A stretch of DNA of 64,000 nt from an uncultured Acidobacteriota bacterium. GTDB lineage: Bacteria; Acidobacteriota; Blastocatellia; RBC074. The DNA lies in assembly GCA_963796275.1 (NCBI GenBank), contig CAWCKY010000006.1, positions 128,001 to 192,000 of the forward strand, in the 5' to 3' direction. The translations under genes were made by a program, and so were the position numbers. The notes beneath the pieces were generated by a model. The model was not told where the DNA came from and ran no database searches. It saw nothing but the letters and a program-made list of their open reading frames with translations. Each line of letters starts with the position of its first letter. Within the stretch, counting starts at the first letter, position 1. Shown here one piece after another: positions 63,901 to 64,000 of the stretch.

Positions 63901-64000
63901 TGGCGCGACCCGAGTTGGCGGGAGTCTATGTCGCGCCTCGAACCCTGGTCGAAGAGACGCTGGCCGGAATCTGGTCGAAGGTTGTGGGCGTCGCTCAAGT
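60915..64000 (+). CDS. NRPS, 3'-truncated: C(LCL)-A(Ile)-T(start); missing from the ORF track because it has no stop codon in the window
   Basis: ATG overlaps the previous stop (ATGACTGA). Translates MTDIARTISSLSPEKRALL...FPLSFAQQRLWFLDQ, then GVHHIISDGW and an Ile-type A domain; the frame is kept to base 64000. Confidence 0.92.
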   Translation, partial: MTDIARTISSLSPEKRALLALKLKERGSQFNTFPLSFAQQRLWFLDQLTPGSPVYNIHAAVRLTGSLDSWALERCFDEIVRRHEALRTTFTIVDGNPAQIVGRHRPVRLRLVDLSELPPDESEAQATQLIAEESQWPFDLTSGPLLRVTLYRMSEVDHVLLFGVHHIISDGWSTGVLIREVAALYSAFLLGKPSPLGELPIQYADYARWQRKHLQGERIDSLLDYWKRRLEGYSQVLDLPTDRPRPAVASFRGAHRSIALSRKLSDAVKALGLQEKATPFMTLLAALQTLLYRYTGQEDICVGSPIAGRNRGETEGLIGFFVNTLVIRTDLGGDPSFCDLLGRVRESALGAYAHQELPFETLVEKIQPERSMSHTPIFQVAFAYQNVFTEALELPGLTLRRVELEHRTTKFDLTVAVTETPDGLNVSVEYNTDLLNDDTIARLLEHYRILLEDAVAYPDRRISDLPLLNEAEQRLLLSTWNDTRTEYPRDKCVHELFEAQVERCPDTIALVVEEEQLTYRELNRRANQLAAYLGNLGVGPETPVSFCLERSPEMVVGILGILKAGGTYVPLDPAYPKERLAFMLEDTRTPVILVQQKLIERLPEHQARVVRIDADWELMARESEANRASGATAGHLAYVMYTSGSTGKPKGIAIPHRAINRLVFNTNYIEMTSEDRMALASNSAFDAATFELWGALLHGARLAGISRDVALSPADLATEIRAQGISAMFLTTALFNQMAREVPAAFGSVRSVLFGGEAVDLNLVKEVLKHNPPARLLHVYGPTESTTFTTWYPVQGLPEGAVTAPIGRPLANTQVYLLDGSLQPAPVGVGGELYIGGDGLAWGYFMRPELTAEKFIPNPFSQEPGARLYRTGDLARYWPDGAIEFLGRLDQQVKIRGFRIELTEIEAVLAQHPTVREAAVLAREDVAGEKRLVAYVALDPIERGAAPTGIELRSYLRQKLPEYMTPSVFVELDALPLTPNGKVDRRALPAPDPANMARPELAGVYVAPRTLVEETLAGIWSKVVGVAQ
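62480..63607 (+). repeat. Ile A-domain repeat, copy 2
   Basis: Matches 52638-53765. Confidence 0.92.

Larger units (their letters stand above)
1..64000 (+). other. Interior of a large hybrid NRPS/type I PKS biosynthetic gene cluster (both ends outside the window)
   Basis: All long ORFs are on the + strand, closely packed, and carry C, A, T, E, KS, AT, KR, DH or ER motifs or tailoring-enzyme motifs. No TE or FAAL is seen. Confidence 0.98.

Overview
The whole 64 kb lies inside one very large, single-strand (+) hybrid NRPS/type-I PKS gene cluster that is open at both ends; no FAAL or other loading module, TE, transporter or regulator is visible. After repairing four single-base frameshifts (probably sequencing artefacts) it holds 7 NRPS genes, 2 PKS genes, a GNAT-like gene and a tailoring cassette: a NodU/CmcH-type carbamoyltransferase, an OTCase-like N-carbamoyltransferase, SbnA/SbnB for 2,3-diaminopropionate, and a TauD/SyrP-type hydroxylase. 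A-domain codes read by eye give Val, Phe, Glu, Asn, Asp, Asp, Thr, Ile, Gly, Phe, Ile. The most notable architecture is three split modules (terminal C domain | non-catalytic 'interface' domain-A-T) served by one fused and one free Fe/2-oxoglutarate hydroxylase. One of these modules loads Glu and feeds a KS-AT-KR(DH-inserted)-ACP-dead-E PKS. Inferred main line: ...Val-(beta-OH?)Glu-ketide(enoyl)-D-Asn-(beta-OH)Asp-(beta-OH)Asp-D-allo-Thr-Ile-Gly-Phe-Ile..., with a non-colinear PKS/Phe/GNAT block. The DNA also shows near-identical duplicated A domains, a Val/Ile A-subdomain mosaic, heptamer-repeat hairpins and REP-like elements inserted in frame into the enzymes, and a 215-bp MITE with an 8-bp target duplication. 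The host cannot be determined from the sequence; the repeat style is reminiscent of Acidobacteriota (weak inference). All domain calls come from motifs read by eye, not from HMM searches.
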